A stretch of 36,780 nucleotides of DNA from assembly GCA_032718475.1 (NCBI GenBank), contig JAUCBJ010006621.1:1-36780 (forward strand), in the 5' to 3' direction. Below are positions 34,444-36,780 of the stretch, piece after piece. The notes beneath the pieces are model-generated. The model saw nothing but the letters and a program-made list of their open reading frames with translations. It ran no database searches and was not told where the DNA came from. Within the stretch, counting starts at the first letter, position 1. The number at the start of each line of letters is the position of its first letter. The DNA is from Nemertoderma westbladi (lineage: Eukaryota > Animalia > Xenacoelomorpha). The position numbers and the translations under genes are program-made.

Positions 34444-36154
34444 TTAGTAGTTTCCCGACATAATGGAGGAACCATCGTCAGAGACCAGATTGTCGGCGGA
34501 ACCATCGTCGGAGACCCGATTGACGGCGGAACCATCGTCGGAGACCCGATTGACGGCGGAACCATCGTCGGGGACCTGACCATCCACTTGCGCCGTTGGC
34601 GAGGTGTCCAAGGGAACATCACGTTGGATTGGAACATGAGAACCATGGCTACAGGAAACGGGGGTCGATCGAAGGCCGCTCCGCAACTGTTTCCTTCTAG
34701 ATTCCATGTGCTTTAGTGCAGCATCGTAGTCATCTGTGGTGATGGTGACTGTGGATCGCCAGTCGATTCGGCCCAGAGCAGTCTTCTTCTTGAGCGTATA
34801 ACAACTTTCGTTGTTGTCGTACACAACCACAACATTGTGTACGTTCCTGTCACTATGGACAAGGTACGCGTGAGCACGCAAAATATCCCGTTCTCTGCGA
34901 ACGGCAGACGATAGATCGGGGCGGACGAATACCTTCTTAAACTTCGATTTGGAAAGTTTGTAGCTGTTTTTTAGGATTAGATAACGATCGTTAAGTGATT
35001 TAAACGAAAGTTCTATCAGCGGAGGAAGATTGGAATTGCGAGGAGAACTGAGACGACGAAGTCGGTATTCGTGAATTCCGCCACATTCGATAAGACTCAG
35101 TAGTTCCCGCACCGATGTGGCATCGCCTTCTGCAGATCCAGTTTCTGGGAGTTTCTCAATATACAATCTCAACGTTGACTGTTCTTCGACTTTGTTGGTC
35201 TGTATAACTTTAGCAACGCAGTCCTTGATCTTGTCCTCGAGATTGCAGGCTCGATTTGCGGGAGCGCCATGGCGACTGGGGTTTACAGTTTACCCATTGG
35301 TCATGGCGGCGTTTAGTGGGACCGAGTGGTCTTCTAGCATCGCGGGGTTCTGGAGAAGGTGAGCGAATGTCGCTATTTCCCTCCGACTCCAAGGTCTTCC
35401 CAACTAAGAAATCGCGCAACTCGTTCATCTGAGAAGTTAGCGACTCGAGCTTGTCAGCAACAGAAACTTGATTATTGTCGCTGTCCGGTACCGGTGTGCC
35501 GGTACAACCAGATCCGGCAGCAACATGTTCAGACATGGACTGGTCCCGGCATTTAACACATAGGAAAACTAAGCTAGGATACTTGCCGAGGGCGTCGTAT
35601 ACTGCGGCCGGAATACGCGAGTGGTTGCTGTGTTCCCATCGGTCACACCCATAACATTGTAACCCATTGTGAATAACTCGTTTGGCACACACAGTGCAAA
35701 CTTCGTCGTCACCCTGAGTGGCGTTATTAAGTTTCTCAAATGGGTTGTTCAATCTAGATGTTGGACTTTTGGTACTCGAAACTTTGCTGCTAGCAGGAAG
35801 TCGACTGCCGGTGCCGGATGTTGGAAGTTGTGATTTACCAGCAACAGATAAATTACCCTTATCTGTTACCGGCACCTTTGTCGTATCGGTTGCCTTCTTA
35901 TTCGACCTTTTCTTCGGAGATTTGGGTTTACGATTTCCTGTACCAGTAGGCCTACCCTTCAGGATTTCAACCGGGGACTGACTGCCCGAAACGGCAGTCA
36001 GTTGGCTCGATCTAACTTCCTGTTTATCTCGATCCAGTTTATCCTGACACTCCATGATATGGAGTTGGAGGTCGTCGACGTCGTCGAACACGGCCTCACA
36101 GTTGCAACATGAAACAGTTATGGACCGCCTTCCCCGGATGGGAGAGGGCGGCAT
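34444..36154 (-). pseudogene. LINE ORF1: CCHC zinc finger + PHD finger + coiled coil + RRM/CTD-like region, +1 frameshift near 35240-35290
   Basis: ORF 35210..36154 has C-x2-C-x12-H-x3-C and a PHD-like CTVC...CYGC..WEH..H...CVKC. The shifted frame reads NLEDKIKDCVAKVIQ...LRLYIEKLPE...PPLIELSF...VFVRPDLS, typical of CR1/L2 ORF1 C-termini. Confidence 0.8.
34468..34575. repeat. 30-bp tandem repeat at the 3' end of ORF1
   Basis: GGAACCATCGTCGGAGACCCGATTGACGGC x ~3.5, encoding (DDGSAVNRVS)n. Confidence 0.85.
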
Positions 36155-36780
36155 AATGTACCGTTGGTCGAAGCACCGGCACCGAGTTATGCAGTAGGAT
36201 GATGAGTCGTCGTAATATTTAAAATTATATAAATTAAAATAAGCAAGCAGTAAGTGTAGGTTAAAAGCTAAAAGCTTGCATCAGGGAGTAACACTGCAGG
36301 ACTGAAATCTTAGTCTTGAGTAGACGTTGATCAGTTCGCAGACGGACGTCCGGTGTCTGGCTGTATGTTTGCATTGCCTATCCATGCTGCCATGTAGCCA
36401 GGGATGTTAAGTGTTCTTTTCTTTTATGTTCTTTTTCTTTTATAATAAAAGAACAATTCGATATTTTTAGCAGATTGTTCTTTTATTATGGCCTTACTAA
36501 GAAACTGCAAAAGTACCGGTACTGAGAAAATATACCCTACTGTGACTGCCCCCCTAACCAACCATCCGCAGGCATGTACTGATGTAGGCCACACTGCCAC
36601 ACAGCATTAGTGCCTAAGAAACTGCAATAGGCCTATATGATATCCACCAGTGAGATGGGGGGGGGGGGGGGGGGGTGCAAGCCAGTACTGCAGTAGGCAG
36701 TACCGGTAGTGGTAGATACATGTACGGGACGGGGGTACCAGCCACCATGCAGGATGCAGCCATGCATATATTCTGACTTT

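Larger units (their letters stand above)
31550..36300 (-). mobile_element. Near full-length CR1-type LINE (ORF1 + APE-RT ORF2) with one frameshift in each ORF
   Basis: Two-ORF layout and a short 3' UTR ending in (TTTGA)n on the - strand near 31555-31573; the 5' boundary is approximate. Confidence 0.9.

Noticed and set aside
32097-35981. Short plus-strand ORFs within the LINE
   Set aside because: They are antisense shadows of ORF1 and ORF2.

Overview
This is animal (probably invertebrate) genomic DNA, not prokaryotic. It holds one intact 7-coding-exon gene on the + strand for the phosphorylase kinase catalytic gamma subunit (PHKG; CDS 6575-18708, 400 aa when spliced). It also holds a near full-length CR1-type LINE on the - strand (about 31550-36300), two RTE-like LINE fragments and many nested non-autonomous TIR elements (hAT-, Mutator-, Kolobok- and foldback-like). 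Four observations stand out. (1) Two PHKG splice junctions are tandemly amplified, giving about 41 copies of the intron-3 acceptor and about 97 copies of the intron-6 donor, and mis-selected copies run into an in-frame stop. (2) The LINE ORF1 begins with a CCHC zinc finger closely resembling the NEMO/optineurin ubiquitin-binding finger, upstream of a PHD finger. (3) One bipartite motif is shared by MITEs with different termini. (4) TA-flanked micro-palindromes are pervasive, and some appear as 4-5 bp insertions in only one arm of an inverted repeat, as expected of excision footprints. All calls were made by eye; copy numbers and some boundaries are approximate and no database search was run.
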